A stretch of 64,000 nt of DNA from contig CM082591.2 in assembly GCA_040954595.2 (NCBI GenBank), forward strand, positions 5,549,009-5,613,008, given 5' to 3'. Shown in pieces: positions 37,288 to 50,100 of this stretch. The DNA is from Balanoglossus misakiensis. Taxonomy: Eukaryota; Animalia; Hemichordata. The position numbers and the translations under genes are program-made. A model generated the notes under the pieces. That model worked only from the letters and a program-made list of their open reading frames with translations, had not been told where the DNA came from and did not search any database. The stretch's first letter is position 1, and each line of letters opens with the position of its first letter.

Positions 37288-38423
37288 ATGAAGATTATAA
37301 TTGTATTGTTACTGGCTTGCATATCCATAACAAGCATTCTTGGGGTACCTAAGGTGAGTGTTTTATCTAAATTGTACCTTAATCTATCATTAGTTCGATA
37401 TTAAGCTTTAGTCCACAGAAAAGTGTATAATAACGTACTCCTTTTTTTTCAAAGTGATTATCGTTTAAATAGTCATTTTAATTAATTAATTAATTTCAGA
37501 TAATGCATCAAGAACAGCTTATATTGCTCGCTTAGTTTCACATCAACCTGTTAGCTTATTTTTTGTTCGCATTTTTATTCCGCAGTGTACACAAGAAGAA
37601 GAAAACAGGATTCAGAATTGCCTGGATAGATTTCAAGATTTCTGCGTGAGTTGATATTATATTGGGTATGAATTAAAGAGTAGTGTATATAGTTTGCTCC
37701 GTTCGTCAACAGGTTAGATTTGACTGGCGTACACGGACTGTGGAAAAAAAAGGCTTACGAAATTTTGACCGTTTTGATGACAAAATCATTGGATTTTTAG
37801 TGTTCGATCGAGCTAGCGCTAACCAAATTTTTTCCCTTACAAACGTGACGGCCTATGGCCGAATGAAGCACCTGCTTGGATGTTCGTATAGCGGTTTCGT
37901 TCAAACCTCAGTGTACTGTCCTATAAAGGCCTATAGCAATAACGGCCACAAAGATACGGGTGACCCGTCTTAACAGCACACAATATATTCATACTTTAAA
38001 AGAAGTTTTTTTCCTAGCAAAAACATGAAAGATTGCGCAAAATAATTGAGTTACGTGATTGCATGAGGAGGTAATGTTTATCACATGTTTATCCTGTGAT
38101 CATTTTTGTTGATTCATTTTCGCACTTATCTTTTGTTCCTTAGGATCAATTGGTGTGCTACATGGGTGTGAATTGTGATCCCTACTATACTCTCAACGAG
38201 TTACTACCGGGCATGAATGAATGCATGTATGTATCCATTATCCTGCATAGTTTTCAGAAAGTTACTTGTTGTTGGGTGTATATGCATAAGGTCTTGATGT
38301 GTGGCTGCTTGTATGAAGGGTTTTATTTATGTTGCTGTGTTGATATTCACATTCCTCGTCTGTTCTCTTCTATAGGTAACGTTGATGCGTGACGGCTGGA
38401 CAGGCTATCCTGCAAAATCATAA
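37288..38423 (+). CDS. Small secreted cysteine-rich peptide of unknown family (4 coding exons, ~86 aa; alternative model 70 aa)
   Basis: Exons 37288-37353 (MKIIIVLLLACISITSILGVPK|gtgagt), 37586-37645 (cgcag|CTQEEENRIQNCLDRFQDFC|gtgagt), 38144-38230 (cttag|DQLVCYMGVNCDPYYTLNELLPGMNECMY), 38376-38423 (tatag|VTLMRDGWTGYPAKS*). AATAAA at 38482. An alternative donor at 38227 would end the protein at ...NECM*. Confidence 0.78.
37690..37969 (+). mobile_element. Right-end fragment related to the 5566-6360 Kolobok-like element, in intron 2 of the peptide gene
   Basis: cattggatttttagtgttcgatc and tgtcctataaaggcctatagcaat...gacccgtc|ttaa resemble 6093-6364. Confidence 0.7.
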
Positions 38424-39565
38424 ATACGTCATTCTTTTCTCTGATTGTTAGGACATTTTTGCTTTATTGTCACTATTGATGAATAAAGCCTAATTTGGGG
38501 CACATGGTTGTGATATGTCGCCTGGATGGTTTGGATTAAACTACTGAGACTTGGATTTCAGCGGGCGTGTAATTACTATATGGCTTCCATAAAGCTAACA
38601 GATAACATCCCATAATATTCACATAACAACTGTACTTCCATTAACAATAGAGGGCGGTATAACATCAGCACACGACTTGTATCGTTTGGATTATTCGCAC
38701 CACTGTTTCGGTCGTATGTTTGCTATTAAATTATTTTCGGCAAGTTCAATGCCAAGCACATGCACATATGTCACTTGCCAAAGATCATCGATCATAATCT
38801 ACAGAAGAGTATACTGTAAACTGGGAAATTTTCTCAAATAATATTTTTTGCAAACTTCGTGAGAACCAAATGAGGCGATAATAAAAGTAACGAAAAATTA
38901 GTCGAGAAAGAACAATATGTGACATCAAATTACTGAGACTTGAGCATTCTTCACTATTAAGACTTCATTTATTTGCACATATAAGCAAAATGATATTTTC
39001 TAAATGTTCACATTCGTAATCAGTTTCGCATTTGTGTGAATGACATCTCTTGGAAGACAACCTCAATTTCAAGTCGGTAGCTCTATCATTTAAAACATTG
39101 AAGCTTTTAAATTCCGAAGTTGTACTGCAATTTTGAACCAGAAAAAAATAAAATAAAAGGACAACAACTTGAATGAGGCCTAATGATCCTACCGGTATGT
39201 TCCAAGTTAAAGCTACACCTGGAAGTGAGCCAGTGCATGGTTATCACATTCCATAGACTTACATTTGTACATGTAGAAAGTTTGAAAAAGCAGAGTTATT
39301 ATATTGTCATTTTCTCGACATTTTCACAAAAGGTGCCAAAAAGAGCAGTATTAATTAAGGATATAAAGAAAACACAATGTCACTGTGCTTGATTTTTTGG
39401 TAGAGCTGTTCAGAAATATTCAAACTATAGCATTAGGAGTGTGAAAAAAGTGCCGACTCAGCATTTTATACAATATTTGTGAAACTGGAAAAAAGTATCA
39501 TGGGAACACCCCTGTTTTGACTTTATTTTTGTAAATTCTAAATTTTGAGCAGTCCACTACCTTAA

Positions 39566-39908
39566 AGGGACAAAGTCTCTCTCTCGCTGCCCATTTTCCA
39601 TTAATTATGTTCGATACATGAGACCGTTTATGTTATTCTACATGTGGATATATAGTGAATCAACGTTCAACCACAAACATCTTCTATCCCGCTTGTAGAC
39701 ACAAGAGTGAAACACTCACCAAAATGAATAATCGGTCTTTACCATTTATTCATTTTGGCGAGGTTTATGCTCCTCCAACAAACGGGATGAAATTTGTGTG
39801 TTGTCAAATGTTGATTCACTTTATATCCACAGGTAGAATAACATAAACGGTGTCTTGTATCTAACATAATTAACGGAAAAGGGGCAGAGAGAAAGAGACT
39901 TTGTCCCC
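39566..39908. mobile_element. MITE M1 full copy
   Basis: ttaa|agggacaaagtctc ... gagactttgtcccc|ttaa. Confidence 0.9.
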
Positions 39909-40288
39909 TTAAAGAACTGTTCTGAGTATTCATTGATTCATCTTGCTTTCTGCAAAAGACTGGTGCATTCACATATTGAAAATAAAGCCATCATTTCTTA
40001 CAATTTATAAGTCAACAACATTTTTCACACCATGGAAAAAATTGATATCTCTGAAACCTGAATTCCATAATCTATCAACTTAGGATCGAACCATTTAAAG
40101 CATATTCCATGTGAACATCACATTCTCTTTATACACATTCACTTCATTGAACTCGGAACATCTAGGAAATATCAGAAGATATATTGATTAAATCAAGATA
40201 AAAAGGGTAAATAAAAATTATGCAGATAAGAGTAAAACTCCAAAGAGTATTGACAGCAACAAGGAAAACCAGCTAGCACTGACTTTAA

Positions 40289-40373
40289 CCCTTTCACCAC
40301 CATGGTTCAGCCCCGACCCATAGTTTTCTATGATTAAATTGGACCGCTTTACTGGGAAATGGGGATGAAAGGG
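40289..40373. mobile_element. ~85-bp piggyBac-like MITE (family P1); other copies 43402-43486, 54215-54309, 58244-58328, 58576-58659, 58743-58828
   Basis: ttaa|ccctttcacc ... gatgaaaggg|ttaa; CCC...GGG termini with TTAA. Confidence 0.8.
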
Positions 40374-40683
40374 TTAAAACATGTAAATGATATTGCGGGG
40401 ATAACACGGGACTCTGAGCAATAGACTGTTTCCGATCAATCTGCCAACCCATCTGACGACCCCTTCCCTTTAAACACTGTGACAGACAAATTTGATCCAA
40501 ATGATTTCACCACTCTAAATGGAAAACCGTACATACACCTCAACATTTGAATTATATACACTGGTACCATATGAATTTCTATGAGTCGCACACATAGCCA
40601 ATTTTTCACAATTAGAAAAAAATGTACTATCAATCGTCAAAACAATTTTAAATACCCAGAAATAGCGGTTGTAAAAACTGGTA

Positions 40684-40861
40684 CAGTAAAACTTGTCTAA
40701 ACTGAACACTAAAGGGACTGAAGAAATTGTTCGTTTTGCAGTGTCTGGTTTATAGAGGTTCTTTTAACATGTGGTTCTGTGTCCAAGGGACAGGAAAATG
40801 TGTTTGGTATAGACAGGTTTCCAGATTAGACAGGGTACAGTTTAGACAGGTTTTACTACTG
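40684..40861. mobile_element. TA-flanked Tc1/mariner(pogo)-like MITE
   Basis: ta|cagtaaaacttgtctaaactg ... cagtttagacaggttttactactg|ta. Confidence 0.65.
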
Positions 40862-41144
40862 TATAATGAAATACAATCACTGGGATGTCATGATTTCTTT
40901 TGTTCTACAATGGCTAGTTACGCTGGCTAAACCTGAATCTTTGGCTTTTGGAAAAAATATGCGAATGTTGCATTGTTCTTGAGTACATCTGTGTTCATGT
41001 GAAAATATATCTATATACCATCTGTTGAAAATTGACAACCATGTGGAATGTCCTGAAAGTTTCTTGACCTATGACCCTGCATTTGACCTTGACCTCCAAC
41101 ACAGAGCAGAAAAGGTCATGACCTTGATTGGCAAGATGGCGGTG

Positions 41145-44100
41145 TTATTTAGTGGCTGTCTTGTTGAAATAAGCTGACCAGGAGGCATTCTTCTTGATGT
41201 TAATTTTATCTCTCTGTGAACGAAAATCACACAGGTATAATAAGATTATGAAAGTGCACAGGTTCAGTTTTCTTCCGAAGCACAAGGAAAACGCATCACA
41301 ACAAAAAAACATACAACGGTTTCCACATAGAAACCCTACAAATCTGTCACTTGTTTTTTCTCCATTGGGACGTGACAAATCTTCACAGAGACATGGACCA
41401 TTCAAATATTGTTCTTTTTCCGGGGGAGGGAGGGAGGGAATAAACTTACTTGAATTAATTATGAGTGACTCTGCACAATATATACATTATTAAACTTGCT
41501 TAGTTAATAAATTAGGGTGGCAACTGGGTAACTGTCCACCCTAATTTTTCAAGAAAATCACAATTACATAGTGGTTTATAAAGGGACAAAGTCTCTCTCT
41601 CGTTGCCCTTTTTCCGTTAATTATGTTTGATTCAAGACACCATCCATGTTATTCTACATATGGATATATAGTGAATCAACGTTCGGCCACACACAACTTC
41701 CATCCAACTTGTAGGCACAAGAGTGAAAAACTCGCCAAAATGAATAATCAGTCTCTACAATTTATTCATTTTAGGAGAGTTTTTACTCTCATATCCTACA
41801 AACGGGATGGAAATTGTGTGTGGTTGAACATTGATTCACTATATATCCACATGTACATTAACATAAATGGTGTCTTGTATCAAACATTATTAATGGGAAA
41901 AGGGCAGCGAGAGAGAGACTTTGTCCCTTTAAACATTTACCACAAAATGCAAATCAGTGGAAAAAATTATACATGTACCAGAAATATTACTAACCTCTTT
42001 TGGACTGAAATGTAGTATCGTCATAATCGCATTCAACATTCTCAGTTTTCCCGTGTAATCATCACTCATCATATAGTTGTAAATAACATTCTTCAAATAT
42101 TCTAAATTTGCACTCTCTCGAGACCTGAAAGTGAATAAAATGACAGTGTATATATAAAACCAGAACACAAAAGGGATTTGTGTGACGTGTTGAATTATAT
42201 TCAGATTCACATTCAGATTCAGAATCTACTTAGCCTGGTCTCCGTACCCAGTGTGTTTTAGATAGACTCACACACAAGGGTCTGACCACAGGGTCAATTA
42301 TCTTCCATTTTTAACATCTGCATGTCAATAGAACTCAAAATGCGATGTCACGGCAACGAGGTCACCACATGTTCTTGACTCTGACATCGTTCAAGTCAAT
42401 CACCTTAATCACCTTACACGACACACTACTGATTGGCCGGAGCAATGACCAAGACGTTGCTTATAGTTGGAATATAATTAGCATTAATTAACTACATCTG
42501 TTCCATGGTAACGACATTCTTGTATTAGATCAAATTTCTTTTTTTATCTTACTGGCTTCGTTCAAGTCTGTTCACTTCATCTCCTAATTTTTCAAGTTCT
42601 TCATGGAACTTCTGCTCAGACGTGACGCACTTGTCTTGGAGTTGTCTCAGGGCTGTTTCCAGCTGGTGTTTCTGTTTTCGTAGGGTGTTTATTTCCACAT
42701 CTTTTCTTGCTTGGACATCGATGTGATGTAGAATTGCAGTGTCGCCGCCTTGTGTCTGTCATGATGGATGGAAAGTGGTTTATTCTTTGGAGTTACATAC
42801 AAGCAAAATAAATGAATGATTAAATGAGTGACTGAGTGAGTGAGCCTCGTAAACCGAAACAAAAGTGAAAAAAAAAACAATGTCAAAAATACAAATTTTT
42901 TGAACATTGTGAGAATCACGCAAGAACTATGACATCATTCTTCTACACTACGGCGACCAATGATATATAAAAAATTGCAAAATAAAAAAATTTCCCTGCC
43001 TACCTACCCTATTTTTGAAAACCATGTAATCGGAACAGCACATATTTTTTTATTTCGCCTAAACAATATACAATGAAATATTTTCTTACTGCGTTAAGAT
43101 GTGTTTGTGAAAGCAACTCTGTGATGCTGGGTTCACTTTCTGAAGGATGGATGTCGTCGGCTGACCCACTACTGGTATGTGTTAAATCCGGAGCTGAATG
43201 TCTGGAACCCAATTGGTAATCCCTGTCAAATCAACATATCATAAACATATTTCTGGCAAACGGCTAGTATCTCATTAGCATATTTTGGGCAAATGCTTAA
43301 ACTTATCGTCAGCATATTATAGGCAAATGGCCCAACATAACATTAGCATATTCTTGGCAAATAGGCAAACATCTCATTCACAATTTCGGACAAATGCTTA
43401 ACCCTTTCACCCCTATTTTCCTGTGTAAAGGTCCAGCCTGGCTTTCGAAAAGAATAGGGTTGGATCAAACCATGATGGTGAAAGGGATAAACATATCATT
43501 AGCATGTTATTGGAAAATGGCCAAACATATCGTTAGCAGATTTTTCGGCAAATGGCCAAACATATCATAGCAACTATCACAACAATTAACCTTTTAATGG
43601 CTGGTGACACTCTTCCAGTGTGAATGATGGCAAATAGTTTGTTATTAAAGGTACACAGTCACATCCAATTTACATATGCCCATATATGGCTGAAATGGCG
43701 TATTTGAGCATTTTAAAGAACATTTGGTGCCACCCGCTGAAAATCTGTGATTGGCTAGATTTCAATTTGCCATGTTAACTATATCTAATTTTCCATAGGT
43801 GACTGTATACCTTTAATGGAACAAGGCCATCATTGGAGATTTAGCCACAGTTAAGCCAAGCTAAAAAAAACATGGACTTTTAACCATACATGGACATAAT
43901 GTAAATTAAAAGTGATTTTGTTTCTTTTAGATGTTTTTCTTTGTATATTTCTTACCCTCCGTAAGCACCGTATGTTTGTTGTAGTTTCTGTTTCATAACT
44001 TCAATTTCCCGGTCTTTTTCTTCAATCAATGCCAATGTCCTGTCTCTTTGTCTGTGTACCTGTTCTTCTAACTCTCCAACTTTGTGCTTTAAACAAAAGT

Positions 44101-47100
44101 ATAAAATATTTCAGTGGCCAAGTTAGCCACAACTTCTCATCAATATTAAAGGGACAAAGTCTCTCTCTTGCTGCCTTTTTTCATGAATTATGTTTGATAC
44201 AAGACACTGTTAATGTTATTCTAAATGTGGATATATAGTGAATCAACGTTCGACCACACGCCACTTCCATCCCGTTTGTATGATTTGAGAGTAAAAACTC
44301 GCCCAAAATGAAGTAAAACACAATACCTTATATTCGGCTTCTGCAATGGCTAATTCTTCTCTGTGATGTTCTTCTAAACCTTTCCTTTCGGAAACCATAT
44401 TGCCAATCTGTAATTAGCACTAAGTATATAGTGGTCACCTCTAAATAGTGGCCACTTTGTTACAGTGCTGTCCCTGTGCGATTCACATGTGCGTTAATTA
44501 TATAAAGGCCACCTGTCTATAAAGACCAGTTTATTAAAGTCCCTTGACTGGCTTACTACAGACAGGTTCGACTGTATTTACCATATCTTGGGAGCTACAA
44601 TACGAGATCTGCATTGGTATGTACAGTCAAACCTCTGTTAGTGGCCACCCCTATATACTGGTCACCTCTATATAGTGGCCATTTTGTTACAGTCCCTGTG
44701 TGATTCACATGTGTGTTAATTATATAAAGGCCACCTGTCTATAAAGGCCAGTATAGGAAAGTCCCTTGATTGGCCACTTGGCCACTATAGACAGGTTCGA
44801 CTGTATATTGCAGACAGCGATATTTTTTACAGTGATAGAAAAGCATAAATTTGCATTTTACCGTCTCTTCATGTTGTCTGTCTTGATCATCCAGATGTTG
44901 TCTGAGTGTCGAGACTCTGTCCCTCAACTCTGTCACTTGGCTTTTCAACGACTCCATCTCCTTGCTGCTTGTGTTGTCCTGTTAAATGTAAGTAGGGAAC
45001 AGAGTGAGCTGGATGGCAAAATACAACAGATACAATAACTGCACCACATCTGTTTATATGATGGTTGTCTTATGCACATCTGGTCATTAAAGCCTCTAGA
45101 GCTGCCACTATTTGCATTATTTTCATGATTTTATTTTCCAACTTAAATTAGTCCATCTAAATAAGCTTACTGATAGGTATACATGAACACCTTATCGATG
45201 CCTGATTGTGACTGCATGTTGCAATTTGAACATGGTATGCAGTAAACAGGTGTCGCACCGATTAATCAGCCTCCATACAAACAGTACATAGCTTTCGTGG
45301 TATGCGTTGCCAAGAGATGACAAACTGATGCAAATGCAAGTAATATGGCTTAATGGTGAGGATTTTAGAGGATAGGGAATAGATTTGAAGTATTTTTCTA
45401 TGGAAAAAACTATGCGAAACTTGGCAGCTATAGGGGCTATAATTTCACATAAAACTCTTACATATACAGGTTTAGTCGAGGTTTGCATATTTTCAAACTT
45501 TTTAGGGATGCTAGGAATCTCATTACATGCAGCTGGGTCTGATTTTACTCACCTTAGCATTTTTACTTTTCAAGACGTTCTGTGCTCTAAGTTTGTATCG
45601 TTCAAACTCGTCTTTGAGTTGTTTCAATTCTTGTTGACATGCTCTGTGTGCTGGGTCACTCTCCAAACTTGTACAGTCGTCAACATTACACACTTCTATG
45701 AATGCAAAATCATAAAATATGTCAGGTTATTTTCTGTCCAATTTCAGAAAATTCACAGGTTAGAATTTTTGCTGCCTCCTACAGTATATTTTTTGTAAAA
45801 ATATTACAGACTGAAAATTGAACAGACTTTTAGTTCACGTCTGGGGGTTATTGACTCAGAGTTCAACATTCCAAGACATGGTAGTCTTTCTAGTCGTTTT
45901 CAAGACAGACAAAGTGATGTTAAAAATTTTCACATTTAACAATATTTTATGATAGCAGGAGTGGTAAATACATTTTTCTCAAATTTCTAGGTGCAAATTT
46001 CTCTTTTTCAGAACAAGAATTTTTTTCTAATTCCAGTTCTTTCCAGTAATATGCCTCCGAACTTGATAAAGACCTCCTACCTTAATCTAGTCACTGACAA
46101 AATAAACACACGCGTACTACTGTTGGTTGTCAAAAACCTGATCTCATAAATACCCCCTAACTTACCATCTATGTCAACAGGTTTCTCTGCCCTCTGATTG
46201 GCTAGTTTCAGCAGACCCTTCATCTTGGTGATTTTTTCCAGCAGAGTATTGACGTCTAAGTTGGAGTCTTCGCCGTCTGAGATGTCTGGTACGGGTGTCT
46301 TATTGGCAACCCTGGCCAGTGCCGTGTTCTCTAGATCAAGCTGAGTTACTCTCTCTTTCAAGCGCCTGGAAAATAATCACAATTCAAGAACAGATTTAGT
46401 TATCGCTGAGAATTTGTATGAGTTAAGGGAAGGCAAATATATCTATAGAATACATACTCTTTCACTATTGGCAATGTGACTGCCACAATCCGATCTGAAA
46501 CAATGATGTCATAGATATCTTGCCATGTTTACAGAGAGCATATACTGTAAAACACTTTATTTTCACGAGTTGAAATTTTCGCGATATCGAGAGAGGCCAC
46601 TGTTTTGCAAGTATTAATTTTCGCGTTCTCTTATTTCATTCACTGAATCGTTCTCTTCAAACAAAAAATTTAGGCGACTTTTTATTTTCACGCAATTTTG
46701 GCTCTCGCGTATTTCGCGAAAATTTATTGCTCGCGAAAATAAAGTGTTTTACAGTACATGTAAGATACATAGCAACCGTTTTACCGTATTATGAACCAGC
46801 ACTTACTGTATGGCTAACTGATCTTGATAGCGCAGTCTTTCATAATTTCCCACCACTTCCGATAACTCCGATAATTTCTCTTCCAATCCCGACACTCGTC
46901 GTTCATCGGACTCCGCAACTTGTCTCAGTTTCTCTTCAGCTTCGACAGCTTTGCGTTGTTCTGACTGAACTTGTATTCTATGCTGGGCCTGTGATGCATG
47001 ATGTAGTTAACCGATTAGTAGCTGGATGTTGACCGCTATAGGTCTCTTACACGTCACACCCATGGAGTAGACCAGTTGTTTGCCGAACGTGCTAGACATC

Positions 47101-50100
47101 ATATATATTCATAGAAACTTGCACACACAAATATCAGTTTTTTTGTTAACCCCTTGACTACCTTAATTGCCAGGGAAAAATGGCTTTTTAACAATTAGTT
47201 ATATACCCAGAGTGTCGTAAATAAATGTCATAAACTTTCTTGAATCTATGGTTTCTCTTGTATATAGGTAACCCTAGTCAAGGGGTTGAGGGTGATATCG
47301 TGGTAAAGGCTATTGGGGTCCACAGACATTTCACTAATGTTCCCCTTTATATATGCATTATCAATCCATTTACTGTAAATGTATAGGTACCAGAAATGTT
47401 ACTGGGCTCGCAAGATCATTTACCAGTGTTCCTTAACCTAAACAACTAAAACACTAAACACACACATCAAAAGACATTCATACAGATACACACACTGTTG
47501 TCACACACACACGCACATATATATACCCACACACACTTACTTTCATTTCAGCCATTTCTCTCTGTAATTCCAGCAGTAATGGGGGTGGTCTCGAAGCCAG
47601 GTCTTCTGATGCTTTCAGTCGTCTTCTAACAGCTTCCAACTCATCACTCATAGTTGTAATGCGTCTTTCATACTCTTCAGTTCTATAATAACGAACATCG
47701 GTGAACCCCTCAAATCATAATCATCATAATCATAGCAAAAAGTTACAGTTGATGAAATGTTAATGTCAGAACTCCATAGAGTACAGCAGTAGGTGTATAA
47801 TCATTAACCCTAATGCTACTGGGTGTCATACGAGTTCAGAGTGTCAAGTCCCTTAAAATACGTATCTGCCATTTTTTCTTCTGAAACGTATTTTGACTGT
47901 CTTGGCATGGCTCCCATACGTACTTAGACACACTTAGCAGACTGAACCCCCCAGATAATGTACCAAATCGTACTGGTTTGCACTGGTTTTGTTTGAGGGT
48001 CTTGTATAGGCCCTACTGAGTAACACACACTTGGCAGCCTAACAGGCCTGGGAGCCCGGATTCTAGGAACCCTGGACGTCAAACCAGTTTTAACTGACTT
48101 GGCAGTGTTAGGGTTAAAGTTATTAGAAGATAACAAAGAAAAGTCACATATTTGATATCATTTCTGCACATCCATTTTACTTACTTGTTTGGGACAGATT
48201 TCTGTCTGTGGAGGGCGTCTTGTAGCTCCTCTACCTACAACAAAAAGTTTTATTAGTTTCATTCCTCTTTTCTAATGTAGAGAAAGAAAGCTCTTGACAA
48301 GTCAGCATGTCATTCACACAATAACACTTTCAGAATAGACATTTATCAAACATACAAGTACGTGTATACATTTAAATAACTTTTATATCACAAAAGAATC
48401 AATTTGCAGAACATTTGGATTGACACACAAAAATATGCACATGCGCATAAGACAATCATCAGCCTTCAAGTTAACCAGAAAATAGTCCTAAATGTAACTC
48501 AGATATCTCCAGACATGACAATTATTTTCCTACATCACAAGCATCAATACCTCAGTAGAGTTTCATAATCGGTCAAAATAATGTATACAGTGAGAGCGCC
48601 CTCACAGTACCTTCAGTTCCAATTTGTCTTTTTCTGTCCGCTCGCTCGTCACCAATTGTTGCAATTCATGCAGAATCATGGCGTGGCTGGTGTGCTCCTG
48701 TTCCAAGTCCAGCTGCTGGGCTCTTAATTTGGATTTCGCCTAAAACAATACAACAAAAAGAGATGATGTCATTAATTACGATACTAATCCGCGCAGCAGC
48801 TGTAATTTTCTCTTTCAAAGTAGGAAACTGTAATCCAGGTTTATTTCAGTTTCGTCACCAGCTGTATGAGTTCATTCACTCTTTCAATGTAGCTGTTAGT
48901 TTAGATGAATCTACGATTCCCGTAATATGGTTATTTTATCAGAATATTTTCTTCGGCTATCAACTGTGGTTTCTTGTTCTACTCTGTAAAACATAAAGAA
49001 TTGGCTTTTCAACACAGTAGTAATCAGCAATATCACATGTCAGCTCAATAAATTAAAGCTCCATTAGCTTTAACTTTTTGCTATGATTTCAGTATTTTTG
49101 TTTTGTGAATCTACTGTAGTTTCTTGTTCAAATCCCTGAAGTATGCATGATGAAAAACCCATATATGTAGATAGCCAGAATTCTTATTGTGCAAAATTTG
49201 TATTCTAGTCCGGACTAGAATTCATTTGTCAACAATAACAATAACACTAGCAGCCAGATATCGTTCCGTGGTCAGTGAAGGACATCGACAACAAATTGTT
49301 CACTTGTACCGACTTTACCAACATCGTCAGTGAGATGACTTTGCGATACGAAACCAGCTGTAACTTGCAAGCACTAGCTTTGAGAATGCATCACAATAAG
49401 GTTGAATGCAGACCAGATCCTAAATTTTGAACAGATTATTTTACGACAACACCAAATCAGAGATAGGAGCAACAGATAGAATCTTTTACCTCTGAGAGTT
49501 GTTCCTGTAATCTTACAAGTTGGTCTTCGTATGTTTGTCTTTCTTCTGTATGATGTTTATTGGAATCTTCTTGTTCTTGCTACAAAATAAACAAAAATCA
49601 GTTTTGACAACTGAATATCGGGATATGTACAGGTCAAATATTAAACGGGTGCAGCACCCGTTTATTCAACTGTGAAAGTACACAACTATCCTGGTATGTG
49701 CACATGATTATTCAAACCTCCACTAATTTGCTCAATAAGTGACACTTTAACCCTAACGCTGCCAAGTAGGTTGAAACTGGTTTGATTTCCAGGGTGCCTA
49801 GAATCCTGGCACCCAGGCCTGTCAGACTACCAAGTGTGTGTTACTCAGTAGGGCCTATACAAGACCCTTAAACCAAACCAGTGCAAACCAGTACGATTTG
49901 GTACATTTTACAGGGGGTTCAGACTGCCAAGTGTGTCTAAGTACGTATGAGAGCCATGCCAAGACAATCAAATACATTTCAGAAGAAAAAGTGGCAAATA
50001 CGTATTTTAAGGTACTTGACACTCTAAGCAGGTATGACACCAAGTAGAATTAGGGTTAAATTTTCAAATCGAAAAGAATAAGACGAAAAAATTCACTTAC

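Noticed and set aside
41623-42015. 130-aa ORF and similar ORFs at 16078, 39655, 44029 and 61698
   Set aside because: Chance frames within M1 MITE copies.
43231-43575. CRISPR-like array of ~33-bp repeats
   Set aside because: Contiguous degenerate units with no unique spacers, inside a eukaryotic intron, and no cas genes.
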